A stretch of DNA of 64,000 bases from an uncultured Spirochaetota bacterium. Its GTDB lineage: Bacteria > Spirochaetota > Spirochaetia > SZUA-6 > DRHE01. The notes under the pieces were generated by a model. That model was not told the origin of the DNA, made no database searches, and saw only the letters and a program-made list of their open reading frames with translations. The translations under genes and the position numbers were made by a program. Location of the stretch: assembly GCA_963736785.1 (NCBI GenBank), contig CAVTQG010000061.1, positions 105,918-169,917 of the forward strand, in the 5' to 3' direction. Shown here piece by piece: positions 8,051-18,157 of the stretch; the first letter of the stretch is position 1, and each line of letters begins with the position of its first letter.

Positions 8051-9250
8051 CTACAGCCGGAAGGCTTCCTTGATGGCGGCCACGGCCAGACCCTGGGCGG
8101 CGCGGTCGATGACGCAGGAGATCTTGGTTTCCGACGTGGTCACCGAGTGGATGCGCGCCCCGACGGCGGCCATGGCCTGGAAGAAGCGCGCTGCTACACC
8201 GGACTGCACTTCCATGCCGGGGCCCTCCACAACCAGCTTCACCGCCTCCGTGACCACTTCGCTGCGCAGGCCGCCCAGCAGGCGGCGGGCCCTGTCCAGG
8301 TCGGCGCGCGGCAGGGTGAAGGAGATCTCCACCCGGCCGTCCACGGGCGCGGTCTGGCTGATCATGTCCACGCTGATGTTCTCCCGGGCGATGCCCTGGA
8401 ACACGCCGGCGATCCGCGCCGTGTCGTAGGGCACCTCCAGCAGGGTCAGCAGCGCCTGCTCCTCGCTGACGTACAGCCGCGTGACGGCGCTGCCCGCCGT
8501 GATCATCTCCTTCATCCCGTACAGTCCGGGCGGCTTGCCCTGCAGGTAGCGGGCCGCCTGCAGGGCTCCGCTGGCGAAGATCTGCCGCGAGTAGGCTGTG
8601 TGCCGGAACTCCACGACCTCGTCCTTGCCGGCGAACAGCACCTCGTGCTCCCCGACGATCGTGCCCCCGCGCACCGCGTGGATGCCGATCTCCTTGACGT
8701 CCCGCAGCTCGCTGCGGGTGTGCCGGCCGTACACGTACTGGCGCGTGCCCAGGAACACCTCGTTCAGGGCGTCGGCCAGCAGCAGGGCCGTGCCCGACGG
8801 GGAATCCTTCTTCTGATTGTGGTGCTTCTCCACGATCTCGATGTCGAAACCCTGCCCCAGCACGGCGGCGGCCTGCTGGATCAGCTCGCGGACCAGGTTG
8901 ATGCCCAGCGACATGTTGGCGGACACGAAGATCGGAATCTCCCGCGCGTGACCCGCCAGCAGGCCCTTGTCCTCGGCGGACAGGCCGGTGGTGGCCACGA
9001 TCACCGGCAGCTTCCGGGCGGCCGCCGCCGCGAGCAGCCCAGGCAGCGCCTTGGGCGAGGAGAAGTCGATCACCACGTCCGCCGGCAGCGCACAAGCGGC
9101 GAGGTCCTGGAAAACCGGGAAAGCCGCTTTGGCCGGAGAGGCCGCGGTGTCCACCCCGGCCACGATCTGGACGTCCGGGCTGGCCGAGGCGACGGCAACC
9201 ACCGCCTGGCCCATCTTACCGAAACAGCCGTTCACGATGATACGCACCAT
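8051..9250 (-). CDS. dapB: 4-hydroxy-tetrahydrodipicolinate reductase fused to an aspartokinase-type tandem ACT domain
   Basis: GCFGKMG, DFS, ATTG, SANMSLG, EKHHNQKKDSPSGTA, RGGTIVGEH; the C-terminal ~145 aa has ENISVDMISQ, GMEVQSGVAARFF and TTSETKISCVI. Confidence 0.9.
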   Translation of the reverse strand: MVRIIVNGCFGKMGQAVVAVASASPDVQIVAGVDTAASPAKAAFPVFQDLAACALPADVVIDFSSPKALPGLLAAAAARKLPVIVATTGLSAEDKGLLAGHAREIPIFVSANMSLGINLVRELIQQAAAVLGQGFDIEIVEKHHNQKKDSPSGTALLLADALNEVFLGTRQYVYGRHTRSELRDVKEIGIHAVRGGTIVGEHEVLFAGKDEVVEFRHTAYSRQIFASGALQAARYLQGKPPGLYGMKEMITAGSAVTRLYVSEEQALLTLLEVPYDTARIAGVFQGIARENISVDMISQTAPVDGRVEISFTLPRADLDRARRLLGGLRSEVVTEAVKLVVEGPGMEVQSGVAARFFQAMAAVGARIHSVTTSETKISCVIDRAAQGLAVAAIKEAFRL

Positions 9251-9333
9251 GGGGCGATGGTAGCAGAAGGCTCGCGGCGCCGCAACCGCGATCGCCTCTT
9301 GATCCTCGCGCGGCCCATCACTACACTGTCCGC

Positions 9334-10209
9334 ATGTACGAAGGAGTTTTCACGGCCCTGGTGACCCCGTTCACGCAGGAGGGCAAAGTCGACGAACAGG
9401 CCTTGCGGCGCCTGATCGATTTTCAGATCGAGGAGGGCATCGACGGCCTGGTCCCGGTGGGGACCACGGGCGAAAGCCCGACCCTCGGGACGGAAGAGAC
9501 CGAGGCGGTGATCCGAATCACCGTCGAGCAGGCCCGCGGGAGAGTGCCGGTCATCGCCGGCGCCGGTTCCAACAGCACCGACAAGGCCATCCACCTGGCG
9601 GCGGCCGCCAAGAAGCTCGGGGCGGACGCCACCCTGCAGGTGGCGCCTTACTACAACAAGCCCACGGCGGAGGGCTTCCTGCGCCACTTCACTGCCATCG
9701 CCGACGCCGTGGACCTGCCCATGGTGATCTACAACATCCCGGGCCGCACGGGCAAAAACATCGATAACTCCACCATGCTCAAGCTCGCCGGCCACCGCCG
9801 CATTGTGGCGGTGAAGGAGGCCAGCGGGGACATCAGCCAGATGATGAATCTCATCGCCCAGAAGCCCGCCTCCTTCGCGGTTCTTTCCGGCGACGACAAT
9901 CTGGCCTTCCCCCTGATCGCGCTGGGCGGCAAAGGGGTGATTTCGGTGGCCTCCAACCTGGCCCCCGGGCGGATGAAGGAGTTCGTGAGCGCCGCGCTGA
10001 AAGGCCAATGGGACAAGGCGCGGGAGCTGCACTACCGGCTCCTGCCGCTGTTCAAGGCCATTTTCCTGGAGACCAATCCCATCCCCATCAAGGCGGCGCT
10101 GGCCATGAAGGGGATGATGCAGGAAGTCTATCGCCTGCCCATGTGCCGCATGGGCGAGGAGAACCGCAAGGCCCTGGCCGGAGCGCTGCGCGAGCTAAAG
10201 CTCCTCTGA
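9334..10209 (+). CDS. dapA: 4-hydroxy-tetrahydrodipicolinate synthase
   Basis: GTTGESPTL, PYYNKP, YNIPGRTG, KEASGD, ETNPIPIK. Confidence 0.97.
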   Translation: MYEGVFTALVTPFTQEGKVDEQALRRLIDFQIEEGIDGLVPVGTTGESPTLGTEETEAVIRITVEQARGRVPVIAGAGSNSTDKAIHLAAAAKKLGADATLQVAPYYNKPTAEGFLRHFTAIADAVDLPMVIYNIPGRTGKNIDNSTMLKLAGHRRIVAVKEASGDISQMMNLIAQKPASFAVLSGDDNLAFPLIALGGKGVISVASNLAPGRMKEFVSAALKGQWDKARELHYRLLPLFKAIFLETNPIPIKAALAMKGMMQEVYRLPMCRMGEENRKALAGALRELKLL

Positions 10210-11046
10210 GGCCAGGCGGCGGGCCAGCCCGGCCAGGCGCTCGGGCCCCAGCTGCTCGGCGCGGCAGCCCGGATCGATGCCTTCAGCCTCCAACGCCCAG
10301 GTGAGGCGCTCCGGCGGATAGCCGGAGGACCAGGCCTGCAGGTTGTTCCATAACGTCTTGCGCCGGCTGCGGAAAGCCGCCTGCACCAGCGCGCGGAACA
10401 GCGCCCTGTCCTGCGGGCTCTCCGCTTCGCCGCGCGGCTCCAGCTCGACCACCGCGGAGCTGACCTGCGGAGCGGGATAGAAGGACCCGGGACGGACGGC
10501 GAAGCACTCCCGCACGCGATAAGCGTGCTGACAGATGGCGGAGAACGCCGAGTAGTTCTTGCCGCCGGGCCCGGCGGTCAAGCGCGCCGCCAGCTCGCGC
10601 TGCACGGTGAACACCATCCGCATTGGCGAAAAGCCTGCCTCGGCGAAGGAGCCGATGACCGCCGAGGCGGCGCTGTACGGCAGGTTGCCGACCACCTTCT
10701 CAGGCACCCCGTGGCGCGCGCGGGCCTCGCCCCAGCGCTGGACGGCGTCCCCGGCCTCCAGCACGAGGCCCGCCCGGCCGGCGAAACTCTTCTGCAAAAA
10801 CCGCAGCAGCCCGTGGTCGATCTCGAAAGCCACCAGCAGGCGGCAGCGTCCCAGCAGCCCGGAGGTGAGACAGCCCAGCCCCGGCCCGATTTCCCAGACC
10901 GCCTCGTCGGGCTGAGCGTCGACCAGCTCCAGGATCTTGTCCCGGACGCCGCGGTTGACCAGGAAATTCTGTCCCCAGCGCTTCTTCAAGGTCAGGCCCA
11001 GCTCGTCGAGGGTCCTGCGGATCTCGGCTGGAGAATCGTAGTTCAC
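10195..11046 (-). CDS. rsmA: 16S rRNA m6,6A dimethyltransferase
   Basis: KKRWGQNFL, EIGPGLG, VVGNLPY, FYPAPQVSS; GTG start overlaps the comEC stop. Confidence 0.95.
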   Translation of the reverse strand: MNYDSPAEIRRTLDELGLTLKKRWGQNFLVNRGVRDKILELVDAQPDEAVWEIGPGLGCLTSGLLGRCRLLVAFEIDHGLLRFLQKSFAGRAGLVLEAGDAVQRWGEARARHGVPEKVVGNLPYSAASAVIGSFAEAGFSPMRMVFTVQRELAARLTAGPGGKNYSAFSAICQHAYRVRECFAVRPGSFYPAPQVSSAVVELEPRGEAESPQDRALFRALVQAAFRSRRKTLWNNLQAWSSGYPPERLTWALEAEGIDPGCRAEQLGPERLAGLARRLASEEL

Positions 11047-12506
11047 TCCGAGGCCCCGGCGGGCGCCGGCAGGCGCGGCTGCGCCCGCGGCCTCACGAAA
11101 AGCAGGGCCACGAAAGCCGCGGCGACGGGCATCCAATACACAGGGCGCCAAGCCGCCCTCAGCGGCGGGAAGCGACTGAAAAAGCCCAAGGTGGCCAGGA
11201 TCCCCCGGTGCAGGACCTCCAGCGGCACGGCCAGCAGCGGCGGCACGGGCAGCAGGGACAGCAGCAGGGCGGCCAGGCCGCCCCACAAAAAGACGGTGAC
11301 CAGCGGGATCAGCGGCAGCGCCGCCAGGGCTCCGGCCGGATACGCGGCCCCGAAGACCGCCAGGAGAACCGGGGTGGTGGCCGCCTGGGCACCCAGCGAC
11401 ATGGACACGGCCGACCCCAGGAAAGGCGGCAGCGGGGGGGTGAGCAGGCGGCGCAGCTGCGGCCCGAGCAGCAGGATCCCCAGCAACGAAAGAAAGGAGA
11501 GTTGGAAGGAAAGCTCGCCGGCCGCCGCCGGATCAGCCAGAAGGATCCCCGCCGCGGCCAGGGAAAGCAGGTTCAGGGTGCGCGTGTCCCGGTCCAGGAT
11601 GAACCCCAGCGCACCGGCGGACAGCATGATCACCGCGCGCGCGAGCGAAGGGCTGGCCCCGGCCAGAAACAGGTAAGGAAACAGCAACGCGGCGCCGATC
11701 GCGGCGCGCCAGCGGCGGTCGGGAAGCCAGGACAGCAGGAACGAGGCCACACCGAACAGGATGGCGGCGTGCATACCGGACAGAGCCAGCACGTGCAGGC
11801 TACCGCTTTCCTGGAACAGGGCCCGTTCTGCCTCGGGCACCCCCGCGCGGTCACCCAGCAGCAGCGCGGACAGCAGCCCGGCGGAAGAGGGGCCGGAAGC
11901 AGCCAAACGGCGCTCCAGCTCCCGGTGCAGCGCCGCCCGGCCCTCCAGCAGCCGGGAAGCGTAGCCCAGCACCTCCAGCTCGCCTGCCGACACCCGGCTG
12001 GCGAAGCGCACCCTCCCCGCCGCGTCCATCATCCTGCGCACCGGCCCCGCGGCCTTTACCCGCCGGCCCCAGTACAGGCGAGCCCCATCCCGCACGACCA
12101 GCTCCACCACCCCGGTGCCGGAGGCCTCCAGGCCCTGCGCCCAGACCCGCCTCAGCCGGACCCGATAGCGAACTGCCCCGCCGGGGGCCGGTGAGCTGTC
12201 CTCCACCAGGGTGCCCTCGAAACTGCGGATCCTTTCGGGAGGCAGACCGGCCAGCCGTTGCCCGGCTGCCATGGGGGCCAGGCTCATGGCCGCCAGCCCC
12301 AGTCCGGCTCCGAACGCAGCCAGGGAGGCCCCTGCCTGCCGCAGGCGGGGTGCGGCCAGCCCCAGGAAGGCCAACCCCGCCGCGGCCACAGTCGACCCGG
12401 CTACGGCCAGCGGCCAGGCCCGCAGCGAACACAGAGGCGCGAAATACAGCCCCGCCCAGAGGGCCAGGGCGAATGCCGTCAGGCAGGTGGCCCGGCAGCG
12501 CAGCAT
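11043..12506 (-). CDS. comEC: ComEC/Rec2-family competence membrane protein
   Basis: ALLLGD, HVLALSGMH, RAVIM, SFQLSF motifs. Confidence 0.9.
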   Translation of the reverse strand: MLRCRATCLTAFALALWAGLYFAPLCSLRAWPLAVAGSTVAAAGLAFLGLAAPRLRQAGASLAAFGAGLGLAAMSLAPMAAGQRLAGLPPERIRSFEGTLVEDSSPAPGGAVRYRVRLRRVWAQGLEASGTGVVELVVRDGARLYWGRRVKAAGPVRRMMDAAGRVRFASRVSAGELEVLGYASRLLEGRAALHRELERRLAASGPSSAGLLSALLLGDRAGVPEAERALFQESGSLHVLALSGMHAAILFGVASFLLSWLPDRRWRAAIGAALLFPYLFLAGASPSLARAVIMLSAGALGFILDRDTRTLNLLSLAAAGILLADPAAAGELSFQLSFLSLLGILLLGPQLRRLLTPPLPPFLGSAVSMSLGAQAATTPVLLAVFGAAYPAGALAALPLIPLVTVFLWGGLAALLLSLLPVPPLLAVPLEVLHRGILATLGFFSRFPPLRAAWRPVYWMPVAAAFVALLFVRPRAQPRLPAPAGASE

Positions 12507-12522
12507 GCGGGTCCGGGGAAAC

Positions 12523-13728
12523 TCACCACTTGAGGCCGGCGCGCACCTTGCGCGCCGCGGCCAGCACCTCCGGGGAATAGGACTTGAGGTATTCCACGTA
12601 CTGCAGGTCGTCGAAGGCCACCTTGTCGCCCAGCTTGCCCAGGTTCTCGATCACCGCCAGGACGATCGTGCTGTCGAACTCGCGCACCCTCTCGGTGTAG
12701 GCGTTGAGCAGGACCAGGTATTGGGTCAGCCGCACCGCCGCCTCATGGGTCCCCACGTCCCCCAGCAGGTTGATCGCTTCGATCAGGAAGCGGCGATCCG
12801 CCAGGCCCCGCTCGTACTCCAGCAGCAGGGCGTCGAAGTGCTCGATGGCGAGGGCACTGGCCTTGGACCAGCGGCGCCCGGTGAGGGCCCTGGCCGCCTG
12901 AAAGCGCAGCTCGCGGGCCAGCGGCTTGGACTGGTTGTCCGAGACGGCCGTGTGCAGGCCCACGTCCAGCGCGAACTCGGCGATCGCGCTCTTGTCGGCG
13001 TCGGACAGCCGGGGAAACTCCATGGCCATGCTCAAGGCCAGCTGCTTTTCCGGCAGCGGGCTGTCGCGCAGGATGCCGGTGAACTGCGCCCGGTAATCCC
13101 CCGGAATAGCCAGCAGGGACAGGCGGGCCTGCCTGTTGACCTCCTCGGTGTAGCCCAGGTTCATGGTGGCGAACAGCACGGGGAAGGAGACCGGGTCGCC
13201 CAGAGCGCCCAGCGCCCTGACGGCGGCCAGGATCACGGGCACCTCGGGCACCTTGCCCGTCTGGAACACGGAGTTCTGCGCCTCCAACCAGAGGGTCAGG
13301 CTGCGGGCGAGCTCCGCGTCGCCCTTGCCGATCACGGCCAGGGCGTCCAGCGCGCTCTGGCGCACCTCCTGGGAAGTGTCGGTCTGAAACAGCTTCCAGA
13401 CCGAGAAGCGGGCCTCGGCGAAGCCCGTGGCCCGGACCTGGGTCAGCGCGGCCAGGGCCAGAGTTCGGAAGCGCTGGTCGGCCTCCAGCAGGGAGAAGTT
13501 CTGCAGGACGTAGTCCACCGCCCGCAGGTACAGCGGCCCCAGCTCCTTCAGCCCCGTCTGGCCCCCGTCCAGCACGATCTGCACCTTGACGTCCAGGCTG
13601 GCGATGGCGAAGTTGCGCAGATAGCTTTTCAGCAGCTCCTGAGGGGACTGTGACCAGGACACTCCCGCTGCCAGCAGATAGAACAGGGCGAGGCAGAGAA
13701 CGATTTCCCGCGGCACATTGCGCTTCAT
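12523..13728 (-). CDS. Exported HEAT-repeat protein
   Basis: Signal peptide; repeated VR..A..ALG helical motifs. Confidence 0.75.
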   Translation of the reverse strand: MKRNVPREIVLCLALFYLLAAGVSWSQSPQELLKSYLRNFAIASLDVKVQIVLDGGQTGLKELGPLYLRAVDYVLQNFSLLEADQRFRTLALAALTQVRATGFAEARFSVWKLFQTDTSQEVRQSALDALAVIGKGDAELARSLTLWLEAQNSVFQTGKVPEVPVILAAVRALGALGDPVSFPVLFATMNLGYTEEVNRQARLSLLAIPGDYRAQFTGILRDSPLPEKQLALSMAMEFPRLSDADKSAIAEFALDVGLHTAVSDNQSKPLARELRFQAARALTGRRWSKASALAIEHFDALLLEYERGLADRRFLIEAINLLGDVGTHEAAVRLTQYLVLLNAYTERVREFDSTIVLAVIENLGKLGDKVAFDDLQYVEYLKSYSPEVLAAARKVRAGLKW

Positions 13729-13837
13729 GGAACAATTGCTCCTCAGAAGAAAGTGTTATTAGAATATCGGCCGTTCCGTGTCAAATCCACGCGCTCCGAT
13801 GGGCAACGGCCCCGCCATCACATATAATATAACCCGC

Positions 13838-15259
13838 ATGATACGCAAAACAAAGTTCGTCTGCACCCTGGGTCCGGCCTGCGAAAGCCCCCAGCAGCTT
13901 GACGCCTTGGTGGCGGCAGGCATGGACGTGGCGCGGGTGAACTTTTCCCACGGCACGCCCGAGTCCAACCGCCGCCTGATCCGCGAAGCGCGCCTGGCTG
14001 CCGGGCGTGCCGGGCGAAACCTGGCGCTCCTGCAGGACCTGGCCGGGCCCAAGATCCGCATCGGCGAGCTTCCCGGCGAGGGAATCCAGCTCGCCGCCGG
14101 GCAGATCGTGCGCCTAGAGGCGGGCGCTGAGTTCGATCCGCGCGGTCCTGTGGTGCCGCTGCCCCACCCCCGAGTGCTCGCCGAGGTGCCGGAGGGCGCG
14201 CGCCTTCGGCTGGACGACGGCAAGATCGAGCTCGCCGTCGAGCGGCGCACCGGGGAGGGCTTGGAATGCCGCGTCCTCACCGGGGGCTTGCTCCAGTCGC
14301 GAAAGGGGGTGAGCTTCCCCGGGCTGCGCCTGTCCGAGCGGGCGCCCACGGCCAAGGACCTGTCCGACCTGGCTCTGGGGCTGGAGGAGGAGGTGGACTT
14401 CGTGGCCCTGTCCTTCGTGCAGGACGGGGAGGACCTGCGGAGCCTGCGCCGTGCGGCGGGCAGCGCTGCCGTGCAGCTGGTCGCCAAGCTGGAGCGGGGC
14501 GTGGCTCTGGACAACCTGGCGGACATACTGGAAAACAGCGACGCGGTCATGGTGGCCCGGGGAGACCTGGGAGTGGAGACCGACCTGGCCATGGTCCCGG
14601 TCCACCAGAAACTGATCATCCGCGAGGCCAACCGGCGGGGCAAGCCCGTGATCACCGCCACCCAGATGCTGGAAAGCATGATGCGCCAGCCGCTGCCCAG
14701 CCGCGCCGAGGTCAGCGACGTGGCCAATGCCATTTACGACGGGTCCGACGCGGTCATGTTGTCCGGCGAGACCGCGGTGGGCGAGCGGCCCGTGGAAACC
14801 CTGACCATGATGCGCCGCATCGCGGACGCGGTGGAAGCCAACCTGGGGATGGATCGGGGCTGGATGCCCGCGGAAACGGAGGCGGACGGCCCCGCCGAGG
14901 CCGTAGCCCGGGCCGCCTGCGGGACCGCGGAGCGCCTCAAGGCTCGGCTCATCCTGGCGCAAACCCTTACCGGGCGCTCTGCCCGCCTCATCAGCCGCTA
15001 CCGCCCGCGCGCGCCGATCGTGGCGGTCACGCCGCGCGAGTCCACGCGCCGGTCCCTGGCGCTGTTGTGGGGCGTGCACGCCCTATGTCTGCCCTCCCTG
15101 CAGGAGGACTTCCAGGTGACTACCACCCTGGCCAAGCGGCTGCTGGCCGAGCAGGGTTTGGCCCGCGCCGGGGACCTTCTGGTGGTCCTGGCCGGGATGC
15201 CGGCGGGAGGGCACACCAATGTGCTGAAGCTGGAAGAGATCGGAACCGCTATTCCTTGA
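13838..15259 (+). CDS. pyk: Pyruvate kinase
   Basis: RKTKFVCTLGP, ARVNFSHG, DLAGPKIR, MVARGDLG, TATQMLESM, MLSGETA. Confidence 0.97.
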   Translation: MIRKTKFVCTLGPACESPQQLDALVAAGMDVARVNFSHGTPESNRRLIREARLAAGRAGRNLALLQDLAGPKIRIGELPGEGIQLAAGQIVRLEAGAEFDPRGPVVPLPHPRVLAEVPEGARLRLDDGKIELAVERRTGEGLECRVLTGGLLQSRKGVSFPGLRLSERAPTAKDLSDLALGLEEEVDFVALSFVQDGEDLRSLRRAAGSAAVQLVAKLERGVALDNLADILENSDAVMVARGDLGVETDLAMVPVHQKLIIREANRRGKPVITATQMLESMMRQPLPSRAEVSDVANAIYDGSDAVMLSGETAVGERPVETLTMMRRIADAVEANLGMDRGWMPAETEADGPAEAVARAACGTAERLKARLILAQTLTGRSARLISRYRPRAPIVAVTPRESTRRSLALLWGVHALCLPSLQEDFQVTTTLAKRLLAEQGLARAGDLLVVLAGMPAGGHTNVLKLEEIGTAIP

Positions 15260-16262
15260 GCTGGACCTGCTCGCCGAACAGGTTGTAGACGTAGGTCAGG
15301 ATGTGGTTGCGCGTCCGGGCGGACGAAGGGACGGCCTGGAGGTGCAGCAGGGAGACGTTCTTGGCGTTGTCGTAGTTCACGCCCTTCACCACCCCGCACA
15401 TCACCACCCGGTTGGAGGCCAGGTCGAACTGGAGCTTGACCGGAAGCCCGGCCTTGGTTTTTCCGCCCACCAGGAGGGCCGCTCCGTCCTCGGAGAGGTC
15501 CTTCAGACGGCAGCGCAGCCCCGGTGAGGTTTCCTCTATCTCATTGGCATCCTGGATGCTCTTCAGCGGATACACGTAGCCCGGCAGGTTCAGCTTGATC
15601 CGCACCGACTGACGTTTCTGGGTGCGCACTACCTCGTCGGTGTGAGCCACGTGGATGATGGGATATTTCTGATTGAGGAAATCATCCTGCACCCGGGTCT
15701 TCAGGAAGTAACCCGCATCCTCGGCGCGCCAGAAATGCATGCCGATCTGCTGGCCCTTCCAGGTGAAGCCGTCCGGGGTCTTCGGACCCTGGGGGTAGGA
15801 AAGGGCAAAGTACTTCTGCCGGTTCTCGATCACCATGGCCAGGAACGGCCCCAAACCCGGGAGGGTGATCCTGATGCGCTGGCGCGGCTGGATTTCGCGC
15901 GAGGATTTGAGCCCCAGGCGGTATTTGGGCAGGTCGAACTCCACTTTTTTGCGCAGCTCGAACAGCTTGCCCACCAGGCGGTTGGAGTCCTCGTCATCGG
16001 TCAGGTCCCTGGCCCGCAGCTTGACGATGATCTCCTTGAGCGACCGGTCCAGCTGCTTGATGGACCAGAACAGGGAGGTGGGATTCTCCAGCTTGGTCTC
16101 GATAGCGATCTTGCGCAGCAGGTGGATCTCGTGCAGGCCGAACCCCGATTCCTTGCCCTTGGCGTAGAACTGGACCCAGGGGAAACGCCCGCGGCTGACC
16201 ATGCGCAGCAGCAGGAACGCTACCGCGACTACGGCCGCCACAATGAGCAAGATCACCCACAT
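15249..16262 (-). CDS. Membrane-anchored PilZ-domain (flagellar-brake-like) protein
   Basis: N-terminal TM helix; RxxxR (RTQKRQSVR) and DxSxxG (DLSEDG) c-di-GMP motifs. Confidence 0.8.
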   Translation of the reverse strand: MWVILLIVAAVVAVAFLLLRMVSRGRFPWVQFYAKGKESGFGLHEIHLLRKIAIETKLENPTSLFWSIKQLDRSLKEIIVKLRARDLTDDEDSNRLVGKLFELRKKVEFDLPKYRLGLKSSREIQPRQRIRITLPGLGPFLAMVIENRQKYFALSYPQGPKTPDGFTWKGQQIGMHFWRAEDAGYFLKTRVQDDFLNQKYPIIHVAHTDEVVRTQKRQSVRIKLNLPGYVYPLKSIQDANEIEETSPGLRCRLKDLSEDGAALLVGGKTKAGLPVKLQFDLASNRVVMCGVVKGVNYDNAKNVSLLHLQAVPSSARTRNHILTYVYNLFGEQVQLKE

Positions 16263-16332
16263 AGTACAATTATCGATAGCAACTTGATATACTTGACGCC
16301 GGAAATCGGCGTTTGGCCGTTATTTCACAAGG

Positions 16333-17082
16333 ATGATAAAGTATCGCCAAAGCTGGCAGAACCTGCTGGAGCTCGCGCTGGTGTTCGCCGGCTTCTATCT
16401 GCCGGGCCTGCTTTGGCCGGACACAGCCCCCCATGGTGGACCCGCGGACTTGGCCCTGTACATGGCCCGCTTCCTGGCCGCCGCCTCCCCCCAGGTCCTG
16501 CTTCTGGGCTACCTGATCTGGCTGCGCGGGCCGGAGGAACCGGGGCGCAGCGTCTGGGCCGAATTCGGCATTTCCAGGCCGCGGGCGGCGGACCTGGGCT
16601 GGGCCATTGTCCTGCTGGCCGGGGCGTTCCTCCTGCTGGCCGCCGCCGGGCTGCTGCTCGGCTTCCTGCCGGAGGAGGCGCGCCGCCGGCTGGCCGGCGG
16701 ATTCCGCTGGCGCCTCGAGGACGCGCGCCTCCTGCCCCTGGCGGCCTGCTTCAGCCTGCTCACCGGGTACCGGGAAGAGCTCTTTTTCCGGGCGTACCTG
16801 CTTACCCGCCTCCGGCAGGCCGGGCTGCCCGCGGCTGCCGGGGTGGCGGCCAGCGGCCTGCTTTTCGCCTGCGGGCATGCCTACCAGGGGCTCATCGGAC
16901 TGGGCGTGGCCCTGGCCCTCGGCCTGTACTTCGCCGCGGCCTTCGCCCGGCTGCGCAACCTGCACCGCGTGGCCTGGGCGCACGGGCTGTACAACCTGGC
17001 GGTGCTGGCGGCGACGTTGCTGGGCGACACCCTCCCCTTGCCCGGCGCCTGGCTGCGCGGTACTTTCGGTGCAGGACCATGA
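16333..17082 (+). CDS. CPBP/CAAX-family intramembrane metalloprotease
   Basis: EELFFR, FACGHAYQG and HGLYN motifs, multiple TM helices. Confidence 0.85.
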   Translation: MIKYRQSWQNLLELALVFAGFYLPGLLWPDTAPHGGPADLALYMARFLAAASPQVLLLGYLIWLRGPEEPGRSVWAEFGISRPRAADLGWAIVLLAGAFLLLAAAGLLLGFLPEEARRRLAGGFRWRLEDARLLPLAACFSLLTGYREELFFRAYLLTRLRQAGLPAAAGVAASGLLFACGHAYQGLIGLGVALALGLYFAAAFARLRNLHRVAWAHGLYNLAVLAATLLGDTLPLPGAWLRGTFGAGP

Positions 17083-18044
17083 CCCAGAACCTCAACCTGT
17101 TGCTCGCCTTTCTGGCCGGGCTGCTTTCGTTTCTGTCCCCTTGCGTCCTGCCGCTCATCCCCTCCTACCTTTCGCTGATCGGCGGGGCCGCTTTCGAGGA
17201 GCATCGGCGGGACGGCCGATCGGGGCGCTGGCCGATCTTCCTGCGCACCCTGCTGTTCGTGGCGGGATTTTCCGCGGTGTTCATCGTCCTGGGGGTGCTG
17301 TTCAGCGGCGCGGGAGGCTTTCTCAGCGGCGCCTCGCGGGTGGTGAACCTGGTGGCTGGCAGCCTGGTGATCCTGCTGGGACTGAATTTCATCTTCAACT
17401 TCTGGAAATTCCTCAATTTCGAGAAGAAAGTGCACGTCACCTCGGCGCCGCGGGGCCTTCTGGGCTCCCTGGCCCTGGGCATGGCCTTCGGCGCCGGTTG
17501 GACCCCGTGCGTCGGCCCTATTCTGGCCTCCATCCTGTTTCTGGCCGGCTCCGGCGGGCAGGTGCTGCAGGGCACCGTGCTTCTGGGCGTCTACTCCCTG
17601 GGCCTCGGCCTGCCGTTCCTGCTGGCCGGGCTGTTCTTCTCCCAGTTCATGCGCCAGAAGGACCGCTTCAAGGCCCACTTCCGCGCGCTGCGCATCGCCA
17701 GCGGCGCCTTCCTGGTCTTCATCGGCCTGCTGATTCTGTCGGGCCGGCTGCAGCGCCTGAATATCGTGCTGTACCGCCTGGCGGCGGGGCTGGTCTCCTG
17801 GCAGGAGGCCAGCCCGGCGCAGGTGCGCCTCCTGTTCGCCGCGCTGCTCGCCCTGCCCGGACTGCTGTTCCTGGCCTTTTTCCTGGTCGAGCTGTTCCGT
17901 CCCAACGGACCGGCGCGGCGGCGCCGGCTGGTGCTCCGCCCGGGTTTCGCCCTGCTATTCCTGGCGCTCGCGGGGCTGACCCTCTCCGGAACGCTCAACC
18001 CGGCCGGTTTCCTGGCCTTCTGGCTGGCCTACCAGGGCATCTAG
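17079..18044 (+). CDS. ccdA: Cytochrome c biogenesis/thiol-disulfide membrane protein CcdA with two extra C-terminal TM helices
   Basis: SFLSPCVLPLIP and GWTPCVGP motifs. Confidence 0.9.
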   Translation: MTQNLNLLLAFLAGLLSFLSPCVLPLIPSYLSLIGGAAFEEHRRDGRSGRWPIFLRTLLFVAGFSAVFIVLGVLFSGAGGFLSGASRVVNLVAGSLVILLGLNFIFNFWKFLNFEKKVHVTSAPRGLLGSLALGMAFGAGWTPCVGPILASILFLAGSGGQVLQGTVLLGVYSLGLGLPFLLAGLFFSQFMRQKDRFKAHFRALRIASGAFLVFIGLLILSGRLQRLNIVLYRLAAGLVSWQEASPAQVRLLFAALLALPGLLFLAFFLVELFRPNGPARRRRLVLRPGFALLFLALAGLTLSGTLNPAGFLAFWLAYQGI

Positions 18045-18062
18045 GGCGCCAGAGCGCGCTAA

Positions 18063-18083
18063 GGGGCCGCAGTAGCGGCAGGT
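18063..18083. repeat. REP-like hairpin repeat, copy 1
   Basis: GGGGCCGCAGTAGCGGCAGGT; also at 35472, 35515 and inverted at 38741. Confidence 0.7.
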
Positions 18084-18157
18084 TAGTCCGGAAAAAAAGA
18101 CCCCGATCCCTTTACATGTCCCGGCATGAGTGCAATAATGGCGCTTCAACAACGCCT

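Noticed and set aside
11043-12506. ComEC lacking the C-terminal metallo-beta-lactamase domain
   Set aside because: The membrane-only architecture next to rsmA is ordinary for spirochaetes.
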